Part shown: one piece after another, positions 17,701 through 25,937 of the stretch
Numbering within the stretch: the stretch's first letter is position 1
Layout of the letters: the number at the start of each line of letters is the position of its first letter
Assembly (NCBI GenBank): GCA_943787465.1
Contig: CALSMN010000003.1
Span: forward strand, 65,093 to 129,092
Source of the DNA: an uncultured Bacteroidia bacterium
GTDB taxonomy: Bacteria; Bacteroidota; Bacteroidia; NS11-12g; UBA9320
Direction of reading: 5' to 3'
Length of the DNA stretch: 64,000 nt
The notes under the pieces: generated by a model
The model's database searches: none
What the model was told of the DNA's origin: nothing
The model's input: the letters and a program-made list of their open reading frames with translations, nothing else
Program-made: the position numbers and the translations under genes

Positions 17701-19286
17701 ATGTCTCTCCCGTAGGTTCAGGTTCTCATGGGTATTGGATAGCATATTCGGATGGATGTACACCAACTCAAGATACAGCATTTTTTGCTATAGACGTAAG
17801 TGATTCATTGCGGTTAATTCTTACCAATGACACTGCACTATGTCTTGGTCAAGCTATTTTATTGCAAGCTAAAGCATTTGGCGGCGATCCTTCTGGTTAT
17901 CAATTTGATTGGGGTTCAGGGGTATCCTCTTTCGATACATTTCGTGTGAATCCAATTACAACAACCAGCTATACCGTTCGCCTTTCAGATGGCTGTTCTG
18001 TGTATGAACCTCAAAAACAAGTTACAATAACCATTAGAGATCCATTGAAAGTGACGATGCTTGGTAAAGACACAGCTTGCTATGGAGAGATAGTTGATTA
18101 TCAAGCTCAAGTAATCGGAGGCGATACAGCCAATTATTCGTACAGATGGAATTATGGTGCAGGGGATCTTCTAAATTTTAGTATTCCGATTCAGTTTAAA
18201 AGACAACTGATATTGGTTCAGGTCTCGGACGGTTGTAGCATTGCAGAAGCAAGGGATTCTATCATAATGGAAGTTCGGCCTCAACTCAGAATCAACCTAC
18301 CCAAAAAAATAGAGTTATGTGAACAATCCCCTGCTACATTAAATGCTTTGGCAACAGGAGGAATAAAAAGTGCGTATACTTTTACTTGGAACAACGGATT
18401 AGGTGAAGGTCCAACAAAACAAGTGAGTCCGCTTCAATCAACAACGTATATAGTAACATTAACGGATAATTGTAGTGAACCTGTAATTGGTAAAACGTTT
18501 GTTGAAGTAAATCCATTGCCTGTGGTTGATTTTGATTTAACCCCAAATCCTAGTTGTGTTGGTGAGCTACTATATTTTACGAATCAAACAAATGTAGAAC
18601 TTGGGAGTAGATTCTTATGGTTTTTTGGTGATGATAGTACCAGCATTCAAAAAAATCCTTCACACATCTATAGTCAACCAGGACTGTATTCAATCAAATT
18701 AATCGTTACAAATGAATACGATTGTGTAGATTCATTGAAAAAATCAGATGAATTAGAGATTGTACCGCGACCTATAGCTAGTTTCACACAAACCCCCGAA
18801 AAGGCCAATTATTATCAGCCTGATTTTATTTTCACCAATACTTCCTCTTTTGCCACAGGATATAGTTGGGAGTTTGGTGATGGCGAGATCAGTAGCTCTA
18901 TAGATGCCTTTCACAGCTATTCTGATACCGGGTTATACGTGGTTCAATTGACGGCACAAAATGATTTGGGCTGTACGGATACCTATTCAAAAATCATACA
19001 GGTAGAAGATGCTTTTAAATTATTCATCCCTTCCGCTTTTAGCCCGAATGCTGATAATAGGAATGATCAATTTTCTGTGCAATCTCGGGGAGTTCGAGAG
19101 TTCAATATTTCTATATTTAATCGATGGGGAGAGATACTATTTCAATCGACGGATAATACAAAATCTTGGGATGGAACCTATGGAGGTAAAGCGGTCCAAG
19201 AAGGGATGTATTATTATATGCTGTATGGAGTAGATTTCAATAACAATTCTTTTAAAGAAAAAGGCAATATTCTTTTGTTGCGTTAG
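14775..19286 (+). CDS. Secreted M4 (thermolysin-like) zinc metalloprotease. It carries PKD domains, about six tandem approximately 80-aa repeat modules, and a T9SS type-B C-terminal domain of the gliding-motility-associated type.
   Basis: HEVSH (nt ~15894-15908) plus ESFSDIFG zinc ligands, and GGVHINSGVQNYWFYLLA. PKD motifs WTFGDGKSS, FLWFFGDDS and WEFGDGE. Repeat modules end in SDGC. The C-terminus FSPNADNRNDQF ... IFNRWGEILFQS ... WDGTYGG ... GMYYYML ... LLLR matches the type-B CTD consensus. Confidence 0.85.
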   Translation: MSVTILTSFGKRSIFIFLFLGVISILNAQISNTSQIDDWGDNGRHIHQTHLTSLQLGFRQSVDYIKSFLEFPREQNLEIRQGRVNPMGESIVRFYHTINNYKVIGSEIVAHFNDGILVSFNGIVYTPNSTFPLISESEAFENAKAITGGEIFTWQDEQEEALLKIWTSDSNATYFPKGELMYVPKDLNFMNSHSLCFRFEINAIEPLIKKNIFIHALTGKEWAQENLLHDIEVPGIAKTKYRGVRSIKVDSLSSSNFRLREAGRGKGIETYNMRKGTSYAAAVDFTDTDNYWDNFNANFDEVATDAHYGAEVTYDYFYTNFGRNSFDDNGAKIRSYIHYRSNYSNAFWNGYVMTYGDGNGTTWFPLTSVDICGHEVSHAVTTNSAGLIYSYESGALNESFSDIFGNAIEYFADSLIFSWRMGEDITASGNGIRNMANPNNFNHPDTYKGKFWHTAPTDNGGVHINSGVQNYWFYLLATGRSGTNDNGDDFVVDSIGIYKAQQIAYRNLTTYLTPSSNFNEARYYAIQSAADLYGPCSDEVIATTNAWYAVGVGSRYDSSFVISDFEADTLFCFSSDEVNFINRSVNAKSYRWTFGDGKSSTLKSPKNTYGSQGDFTVKLVAEGCFFGVEDSIEKVNYITIDSIRDICKATLPFQGTWTTYTTCKGFIYDHGGESNYDNLTRDTITINFGLSDSVRLRFLEFSYEEGFDSLYLYDGPNVSYPLIGGYTGDSLPNKGEAIPINNGALTLRHFSDQLLHYSGYKAEYIAYRPPLSLDLTEDTTVCFKQDVWLTAYGSGGDAADYSYSWNGIDGSDSLLINPTSDTVIYLQFGDACMEEYLYDSVSIKVLDPLIINAIPDTTLCYLESIELIASAKGGRSADYIFSWLPFGTDTNFWDTSFTLSTPVSVIVSDGCTPEHDTTSFWVNVRDSLSHTPSLLQQLCQGESTNLNLVPQGGLGVYDFTYSDGLNIAKSSSTLWNVSPVGSGSHGYWIAYSDGCTPTQDTAFFAIDVSDSLRLILTNDTALCLGQAILLQAKAFGGDPSGYQFDWGSGVSSFDTFRVNPITTTSYTVRLSDGCSVYEPQKQVTITIRDPLKVTMLGKDTACYGEIVDYQAQVIGGDTANYSYRWNYGAGDLLNFSIPIQFKRQLILVQVSDGCSIAEARDSIIMEVRPQLRINLPKKIELCEQSPATLNALATGGIKSAYTFTWNNGLGEGPTKQVSPLQSTTYIVTLTDNCSEPVIGKTFVEVNPLPVVDFDLTPNPSCVGELLYFTNQTNVELGSRFLWFFGDDSTSIQKNPSHIYSQPGLYSIKLIVTNEYDCVDSLKKSDELEIVPRPIASFTQTPEKANYYQPDFIFTNTSSFATGYSWEFGDGEISSSIDAFHSYSDTGLYVVQLTAQNDLGCTDTYSKIIQVEDAFKLFIPSAFSPNADNRNDQFSVQSRGVREFNISIFNRWGEILFQSTDNTKSWDGTYGGKAVQEGMYYYMLYGVDFNNNSFKEKGNILLLR
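17080..18520 (+). repeat. Intragenic tandem repeats, about six approximately 240-nt modules that each encode an approximately 80-aa beta-sandwich-like unit ending in an (S/T)DGC motif
   Basis: Recurrent pattern C.G....L.A.A.GG....Y.F.W..G......F.V.P..T.Y.V..SDGC across aa ~770-1250 of the M4 protease. Confidence 0.6.
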
Positions 19287-19537
19287 AATTGTTTTTTGAG
19301 TTTATGAATGATTTCGTCCAATCCATTTAACTTAATTTCATAAACGGTCTCAAGTTGAATTCCTAGTTTCCCTTTTGGGAATCCATCTTTACGCTTGAAC
19401 CACTCTAGGTAACTTAACTTAGGGGAGATCACAAACCAATTTGCCCGAATATTTACCGAAGGGCATTTTTTGGGTAACGATTTGTTGAAGTATGGAAGCA
19501 TCAGGGAACATGAATTCAAATACGAATGTACATGCAT
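19283..19537 (-). CDS. Small hypothetical ORF, possibly a gene fragment or spurious
   Basis: 84 codons overlapping the protease stop. No motif recognised. Confidence 0.2.
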   Translation of the reverse strand: MHVHSYLNSCSLMLPYFNKSLPKKCPSVNIRANWFVISPKLSYLEWFKRKDGFPKGKLGIQLETVYEIKLNGLDEIIHKLKKQF

Positions 19538-19658
19538 TTAATAAATAGTAATGGAGTTCTGTGTGTCTTATATTTACCTTGGTGCAATTAGGTGAGAAAA
19601 ATATTTGCTGAATAGTAAATATTATTACTTTTGAAAATAAATCAAAAAACTATTAAAA

Positions 19659-20231
19659 ATGAAAATAAAATTAAAATTAATTGCGACTCTTTTAATCCTA
19701 CCACTTTTTTTTGTATCATGTGGAGATTCATCAGAAAATGCTAATTCTGAATCAACCGATTCTAATGGATTAACTGAATCAAAAGAAAAAAATGAAAAAG
19801 AAGTTAAAGTTGAAAACAGAAAAATATCCTCATCGAATTTCAAAATTTCTAATATGGATAAAAAGTTATTCAAGATGACAGATGATTCTGAGGTTGAATT
19901 GAAAATATCTGATGGTTATTTAAAGATTTCTTGTGAATTTGAAGTAGTTGAAACATATACAGGTAACGCCACTCAAGTTTTTGTTTCAGCAATCGCTCTA
20001 GATGCGAATGGAGAGACTATCGAAATGTCTACTGTTACAAATGGAGAGATGAGAACTGATGATAGTAGGGGTGAGCAATTCTTAGATTTTATGATGGGTG
20101 AACCAGGGAGTAAAGCTAGGTTTACTTTCTCAGGGGCAAAATATAAAGAAGGCACTTGGAGTGTTGATGAAGCAGCAACAAATGCAGCAGTTGAAAAAAT
20201 AGAATCTTTCAAAATTTTAACAGACAGGTAG
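19659..20231 (+). CDS. Hypothetical lipoprotein
   Basis: Signal peptide with lipobox FFVSCG, followed by a Ser/Asn/Glu-rich linker. Confidence 0.55.
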   Translation: MKIKLKLIATLLILPLFFVSCGDSSENANSESTDSNGLTESKEKNEKEVKVENRKISSSNFKISNMDKKLFKMTDDSEVELKISDGYLKISCEFEVVETYTGNATQVFVSAIALDANGETIEMSTVTNGEMRTDDSRGEQFLDFMMGEPGSKARFTFSGAKYKEGTWSVDEAATNAAVEKIESFKILTDR

Positions 20232-20254
20232 AGAGAATTATATTAAATAACTAT

Positions 20255-20288
20255 AAGTGGTAATCTTTATTACCACTTTTTTTTTGTA
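20255..20288 (+). terminator. Rho-independent terminator
   Basis: AAGTGGTAAT-cttt-ATTACCACTT stem followed by a run of nine T. Confidence 0.7.
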
Positions 20289-20425
20289 TTTATTTAGTAA
20301 CGGAAAACATAAATATGATTAAGTATGAATTGTAAGATTCTTTGATAACTTAGGTAAGTAATAATTAAAAAATAATTATAAATACATAATCGTTAAACTC
20401 TTACTTATTTCAAAAAAAAGTAATT

Positions 20426-21772
20426 TCACTTCCCGATACAAAAGCGTGTAAAGATAGAATCGAGCACTTCATCATTGGTTACTTCTCCCGTGATGAGTCC
20501 CAATTGATACAAGGCATTGCGAATGTCCAAGGCAATTAAATCACTGGAAGTGCCTTCGTCAATTCCTTGATTGATCTTTTGCAATATATTGGAGCTTTTA
20601 GCAAGGGCATCAGCATGTCGGGCGTTATTGACAATGGTTTCATTGCCAAACTCATATTGATTTGCAATGCGATTTAGCTCATTCAAAAGTGGAGTTATGC
20701 TTTTGGTTTTAGCTGCAATAAACAATGTATTTTCGGGCCAATCAGAAGCTTTGTAGTCTATTTCATCTGATTTATTAGCGAGTATAATTGTGTGTTGTGA
20801 ATCGGGGAGTTGCTGGAGTTCGGTCTCTAATTCTTCTGGCCGGGTTGTTTGAAGATCAAATAAATAAATTAATAGCGTTGCTTTTTGGATATTTTCCAGT
20901 GCTTTGTTTACTCCAATTTGTTCAATTTTATCATTACTCTCTCGTAAACCAGCGGTATCAATCAACCGAAATTGGATTCCATTGAGGGTGAAAATTTCTT
21001 CGATGGTATCGCGTGTAGTCCCAGCAATGTCAGATACAATTGCTCTTTCTTCATTCAACAAGGCGTTGAGCAAGGTGCTCTTGCCAGCATTGGGTTTTCC
21101 TGCGATAACAGTGTGAATACCGTGTTTGAGGACATTGCCTGCAGCAAAGGAAGATCGGAGTTTCTCAATTTGTTGAAGAAGGGAGTCAATTAGTTGTTGA
21201 AGTTTGAATCGATCAGCAAATTCTACATCTTCTTCACCAAAATCATTTTCTAGTTCAATAAGTGCCGCAAAATCAATCAATTCTTGACGGAGCAAACCTA
21301 TATCGTTGCTAAAACCACCCCGCATTTGATGAAGTGCCATTTGTAAGCTTGCCTCACTCGTACTGCTGATCATATCAGCCACTGCTTCCGCTTGAGTTAG
21401 GTCAAGTTTTTTGTTAAGGAATGCACGAAGGGTAAACTCGCCTGGTTGTGCCATACGTGCTCCATGTTTGAGGATGGTTTCGATAATTCTTTTCACAATG
21501 TAAGAAGAGCCGTGTCCCGATATTTCAACAGCATCTTCGCCGGTGTAAGAATGCGGATTTTTGAAGATACTAACGAGAACCTCGTCCACTTTTTGGCTCC
21601 CATCCATGATATGTCCATAGTGGATAGTATATCCATCGGCATGGTGTATGTCTTTTGTGAAACAGGCATTTACAGTAGGTATGGCATCTTTACCTGAGAC
21701 ACGCACCACTGCCAATGCAGAGACCCCGGGAGGGGTAGCTGGGGCTATAATGGTATCTTCAAAATTGGTCAT
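20426..21772 (-). CDS. mnmE: tRNA modification GTPase MnmE (TrmE)
   Basis: G-domain motifs GKPNAGKS, DTAG and NKSD, and a C-terminal CIGK motif. Confidence 0.9.
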   Translation of the reverse strand: MTNFEDTIIAPATPPGVSALAVVRVSGKDAIPTVNACFTKDIHHADGYTIHYGHIMDGSQKVDEVLVSIFKNPHSYTGEDAVEISGHGSSYIVKRIIETILKHGARMAQPGEFTLRAFLNKKLDLTQAEAVADMISSTSEASLQMALHQMRGGFSNDIGLLRQELIDFAALIELENDFGEEDVEFADRFKLQQLIDSLLQQIEKLRSSFAAGNVLKHGIHTVIAGKPNAGKSTLLNALLNEERAIVSDIAGTTRDTIEEIFTLNGIQFRLIDTAGLRESNDKIEQIGVNKALENIQKATLLIYLFDLQTTRPEELETELQQLPDSQHTIILANKSDEIDYKASDWPENTLFIAAKTKSITPLLNELNRIANQYEFGNETIVNNARHADALAKSSNILQKINQGIDEGTSSDLIALDIRNALYQLGLITGEVTNDEVLDSIFTRFCIGK

Positions 21773-21779
21773 CGTACTT

Positions 21780-22520
21780 TTAGAAATTGAGGCTCAAGCT
21801 GTATTTACTGTAGAAATCAAAAATTTCATTTACCGCTTCTTCTGCGGTATCTACTATTTTGAATAACTTAAGATCTTCAGGGCTAATGTAACTATCCTCT
21901 TCAAGCATGGCTTTTTTAATCCAATCAATTAAGCCATCCCAATAGGAAGACCCCACTAGAATGATAGGGAACTTAGCTGTTTTTTGTGTTTGAACTAAAG
22001 TAAGCGCTTCAAATAATTCGTCCAATGTGCCAAATCCTCCTGGTAGTACAATAAATCCTTGAGCATATTTCATAAACATCACTTTACGAACAAAAAAGAA
22101 ATTGAAGTTAATTAATTTATCTCTATCGATATATGGATTCGCGCTCTGCTCAAAAGGAAGCTCAATATTTAATCCAACTGAAGCTCCTTTTTCATTGTGT
22201 GCTCCCAAATTTCCAGCTTCCATAATACCAGGACCACCTCCCGTGATGACTCCTAGTCCAGCAGAGGCAAGTCTTTGTCCAATGTCTGTAGCCATTTCAT
22301 AATACTTTGTACCAGGCTTCGTTCTTGCTGATCCAAAAATAGAAACACATGGACCTGTTTTGGACAAGGTTTCATATCCATCTACAAATTCAGCCATTAC
22401 TTTAAAAATATTCCAACTATCGGAGCTTTTAATTTCCGGCCAATTTTTATTTTCAAATGCTTTTTTGATGCGATCGTTTGATTGTTCTTTCATAATTTTT
22501 TTTAATGGTGTTTTATCCAA
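21780..22520 (-). CDS. LOG family protein (TIGR00730, cytokinin riboside 5-prime-monophosphate phosphoribohydrolase-like)
   Basis: PGGFGTLDELFE and GGGPGIME motifs. Confidence 0.85.
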   Translation of the reverse strand: MDKTPLKKIMKEQSNDRIKKAFENKNWPEIKSSDSWNIFKVMAEFVDGYETLSKTGPCVSIFGSARTKPGTKYYEMATDIGQRLASAGLGVITGGGPGIMEAGNLGAHNEKGASVGLNIELPFEQSANPYIDRDKLINFNFFFVRKVMFMKYAQGFIVLPGGFGTLDELFEALTLVQTQKTAKFPIILVGSSYWDGLIDWIKKAMLEEDSYISPEDLKLFKIVDTAEEAVNEIFDFYSKYSLSLNF

Positions 22521-23947
22521 CGGCTATTGAGGTACAATATTAAGTAGGTAAATAGTCCATTGATAATGATTAATTCAAATCCTGCTTCAAATCCATCTAT
22601 AAGATACGGCATACCGTAAAAATAAAGACTAGTAAGTACTATAGATAGCAGGGTGATATAGATAACGTACCGATCTGAAATTTTATTTTTGGTGAGTATC
22701 CCAAATGCGAATAAGCCTAGCAAAGGGCCATACGTAAATCCGGCAGCCCGGAAGAGTTCCTTAATTACAGCATCATTATTTAGTGCATTAAAAAGGAGAA
22801 TGGTTGCAAATAGCACCAGTGCAAAACCAATATGCACAAATCTTCGGTTTTTAGTATTTGTTGGTTTTGTTCGTTCGTAACCTAAAAAATCAACACAAAA
22901 ACTAGTAGTTAGGGCAGTTAGTGCGCTATCTGCACTGCTATATGCTGCAGCTACTAAACCAATAATGAAGGCCATACTTACCCAAGGCGTGGCATGTTTC
23001 ATCGCTATAAAACTAAATAATTGGTCTGATTTTCCTGCAAATTGTAATCCTTTAACATCTAAGTAGTGATAAAGTAACGCACCAAGGCATAGAAAAATTA
23101 AATTAATGATCAGAAACAACCCCATTTGAATATAGATATTTTTTTGAGCATTTTGTATGGTATTTATACTCAAGTTTTTTTGCATCATATCCTGATCTAA
23201 TCCTGTCATGGCCAAAGCTATAAATACACCTCCTAAGAATTGTTTCCAAAATACGTTGCTACCATTTCCCTCGATATGAAAAATTTGCGTATTGGGATTG
23301 TTGACTAAATGATCCCATGTTGAAGTAACATTCCAATCTAAATCTGTAATGATAAAAATGAGTGTTAAAATAACGGCACCAATTAGAAAGGTAGTTTGAA
23401 GGGTATCTGTATATACTACTGTTTTGATTCCACTTTTAGCGGTATAAAGAAATATAAGGGTGATAGTAATCGCGACTGTTGCCCAATAGGGGATATGAAA
23501 TGGATCAAAAACAAATGTATGTAAAACTCCTGCAACTAAAAATAACCGAAACGATGCCCCAATAATCCTGCTTAAAATAAAATAAGCAGCTCCAGTTTTA
23601 TATGAAGTTACTCCAAAACGATTTTCAAGATAGGTATATATGGAGGTTAAGTTTTGTTTGTAATAAATGGGAAGTAAAACCTGAGCTATAATGATGTACC
23701 CTACCATATAACCCAATACCGTTTGTAGATATCCAAAATGACTATTTGCCACCCAGCCGGGTACAGATAAAAAAGTAACACCTGAAAGTGATGCCCCAAT
23801 CATTCCAAAAGCCACCAAAAACCAAGGCGATTTTCGATTACCCGTATAAAACGAAGCATCATCACTATCTCTGGAAGTAATCCATGAAATAACAATCAAT
23901 AGAATAAAATATCCAACGAGAATAAACAGGATTTGAGTTGGTGACAT
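22502..23947 (-). CDS. Sodium:solute symporter family transporter
   Basis: About 13 TM helices in the SSF layout. Overlaps the downstream LOG gene by 19 nt. Confidence 0.75.
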   Translation of the reverse strand: MSPTQILFILVGYFILLIVISWITSRDSDDASFYTGNRKSPWFLVAFGMIGASLSGVTFLSVPGWVANSHFGYLQTVLGYMVGYIIIAQVLLPIYYKQNLTSIYTYLENRFGVTSYKTGAAYFILSRIIGASFRLFLVAGVLHTFVFDPFHIPYWATVAITITLIFLYTAKSGIKTVVYTDTLQTTFLIGAVILTLIFIITDLDWNVTSTWDHLVNNPNTQIFHIEGNGSNVFWKQFLGGVFIALAMTGLDQDMMQKNLSINTIQNAQKNIYIQMGLFLIINLIFLCLGALLYHYLDVKGLQFAGKSDQLFSFIAMKHATPWVSMAFIIGLVAAAYSSADSALTALTTSFCVDFLGYERTKPTNTKNRRFVHIGFALVLFATILLFNALNNDAVIKELFRAAGFTYGPLLGLFAFGILTKNKISDRYVIYITLLSIVLTSLYFYGMPYLIDGFEAGFELIIINGLFTYLILYLNSRWIKHH

Positions 23948-25384
23948 TTATTGAGCTACAATTAATTTTTGACCAATTTGTATAGTGATGTTTTCCAAAT
24001 TATTCCATGTTTTAAGTTGATCTTCGGTCACCTGATACCGCTTACAAATATTATACAAGGTGTCTCCTTTAACAACAAGATGTGTCATGGGGCCATCTAC
24101 AGCAATTTCTTTTTGTATTTGATCAATATTTTGAGATCTTGGTTCAGCGACCTCATCAATGGGCGAATCTGTACTTTCCTTGTTCTCAGTTATTTGAACT
24201 AAGGATTCTTTGAGAATGATTTTTTCTCCAATACGCATTGCATTGGGATTAAGATTAGGGTTCCATTTTAAAATATCTTCTTCAAACACATGATATTTTT
24301 CCGCAATTCGATAAATATTATCTCCCTTCTCAATTGTATGGAAATCGGGGACGTCAATGGATACTTTATTCAATGCTCCTGGATTGTCGAAAGAAGTAGT
24401 GTCTAGTATAGTTTGTTGAATTGCACTGGGATTGACAAATTTCTTCTCTTCTTCCCAATTTGGTTTTTTAGATTGTGTTTCTACAGGGTTGTCTAAATCT
24501 CTCTTTTTTTGCATGTAAATAACTTCACCTGTTTTTGGCTCTGTACCTGTTTCCATTCGATTTTTCTTGTACAGTTGCTTTAATTTTATGCCATAAGTTT
24601 GAGATATAGAACGCATATTATCCGATTCACTTACTACGTGTTTTTCTTCAGAACCTCTCCTTCGTTTGGGTTTGAGATACACGATTTCTCCTGAAGTTAA
24701 TTCTGTATCTTCAGGAAGATCATTCCATTTTCTAATGTGTTTATCTTTCACATAATTTTCAGTAGCAATACTTGCTACTGTTTCTCCTTCAGCTACTTTT
24801 TTGACAGGTACCCCATTAATTGTTTCTTGGTCTTCGGCTACCACATTTTTAGGTAAACTTTGTGAATCATAATCGTACAGGGAATATCTTTCAATAAGAT
24901 TGATTAAAATAGTACCGTATTGAGGATTTGTAGCATACCCGGCCTTTCGTAAACCTCTACACCAGCCTTTATAATCGGTGATTTTAAGTTCAAATAATTC
25001 ATGATACCTCCAGTTTTTTCGCAGAAATTCCGAATGATCCCGGTAAGATTCTAAAACACTTTCATATGCTCTAAAGCATTCATCGGGGGCATCATCATTG
25101 GCATAAATTGTTTTACCAGTCCAATTCCCTTTACACTTTATTCCAAAATGATTGTTGGCATATTTAGCCAATCTACTGTTACCACTACTGCTTTCTAATA
25201 TGCCTTGAGCAAGGGTGATACTTGCAGGCACACCGCTACGATGCATCTCTATTATAGCCCAATCTTTATATTTTTCAATGTATTGATTTGGAGTTTGTTT
25301 CTGTGCAAATGATACAACTGCCAGAATGCAACCTAGTATAGTGTAATGAAATCTCATTTTTAGGGTTAAATGATTAAAATTCAA
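23948..25384 (-). CDS. Peptidoglycan hydrolase: an N-terminal glucosaminidase (FlgJ-like) domain plus C-terminal LysM repeats
   Basis: ITLAQGILESSSGNS ... HFGIK glucosaminidase signature. LysM pattern (VKGDTLYNICKRYQVTEDQLKTWN) present in about three copies. Confidence 0.8.
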   Translation of the reverse strand: MNFNHLTLKMRFHYTILGCILAVVSFAQKQTPNQYIEKYKDWAIIEMHRSGVPASITLAQGILESSSGNSRLAKYANNHFGIKCKGNWTGKTIYANDDAPDECFRAYESVLESYRDHSEFLRKNWRYHELFELKITDYKGWCRGLRKAGYATNPQYGTILINLIERYSLYDYDSQSLPKNVVAEDQETINGVPVKKVAEGETVASIATENYVKDKHIRKWNDLPEDTELTSGEIVYLKPKRRRGSEEKHVVSESDNMRSISQTYGIKLKQLYKKNRMETGTEPKTGEVIYMQKKRDLDNPVETQSKKPNWEEEKKFVNPSAIQQTILDTTSFDNPGALNKVSIDVPDFHTIEKGDNIYRIAEKYHVFEEDILKWNPNLNPNAMRIGEKIILKESLVQITENKESTDSPIDEVAEPRSQNIDQIQKEIAVDGPMTHLVVKGDTLYNICKRYQVTEDQLKTWNNLENITIQIGQKLIVAQ

Positions 25385-25490
25385 ATGTAAAAATCAATCG
25401 ACCAATGTATGGAGCTGTTTATACACTTATCTACATTTGATATGATGAAATGTATCAGAAAGCATTTAATTTGAAGTAATAAAAATTAGA

Positions 25491-25937
25491 ATGATGAGAA
25501 AATATGTATTCTTAATAAGCCTAGTATTAACCTCATTTCTTGTATTTGGGCAAAAAATACCTCCTGCCAATTGGAGTTATTCTTTATCCCAAAATGAAGT
25601 AAAAATAGGAGATATTGTTGAGGTGACTTTTACCTCTCCTGTTCCTGAGGGCTATCATATTTATTCTAATGACTATGGCGATTGTCCACCTGTAAAAGCA
25701 AAATTTATATATACTAGTCATGCATCTTATAAGTTGATAGGTGAAGCAAAAGCAATTGGATCTCATCACTATATAGACGATATTTTTGAATGTGAGGTAG
25801 CCGATTTTGAAAATAAAGCTGAGTTTAGACAACAAATCCAAATCTTAAAACCAGATCCAAAAATTTCAGGTATTTTGGAATACCAGATGTGTAGTCTTCA
25901 GATGGGATGTGTGTACTATTTGATTATGAGTTCGTGA
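25491..25937 (+). CDS. dsbD: Thiol:disulfide interchange protein DsbD, N-terminal (alpha) periplasmic domain. It is separated from the rest of dsbD by a frameshift.
   Basis: Signal peptide and a domain ending YQMCS. The frame changes at ~25892-25907, where the next ORF continues with ..[11 protein letters not shown]. Confidence 0.55.
   Translation: MMRKYVFLISLVLTSFLVFGQKIPPANWSYSLSQNEVKIGDIVEVTFTSPVPEGYHIYSNDYGDCPPVKAKFIYTSHASYKLIGEAKAIGSHHYIDDIFECEVADFENKAEFRQQIQILKPDPKISGILEYQMCSLQMGCVYYLIMSS

Noticed and set aside
17080-18520. Periodic approximately 240-nt repeats considered as a possible CRISPR-like or satellite array
   Set aside because: The repeats are in-frame protein domain modules within a single ORF. 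The spacing is far too long and there are no short direct repeat / spacer units. No CRISPR array was found anywhere in the window.
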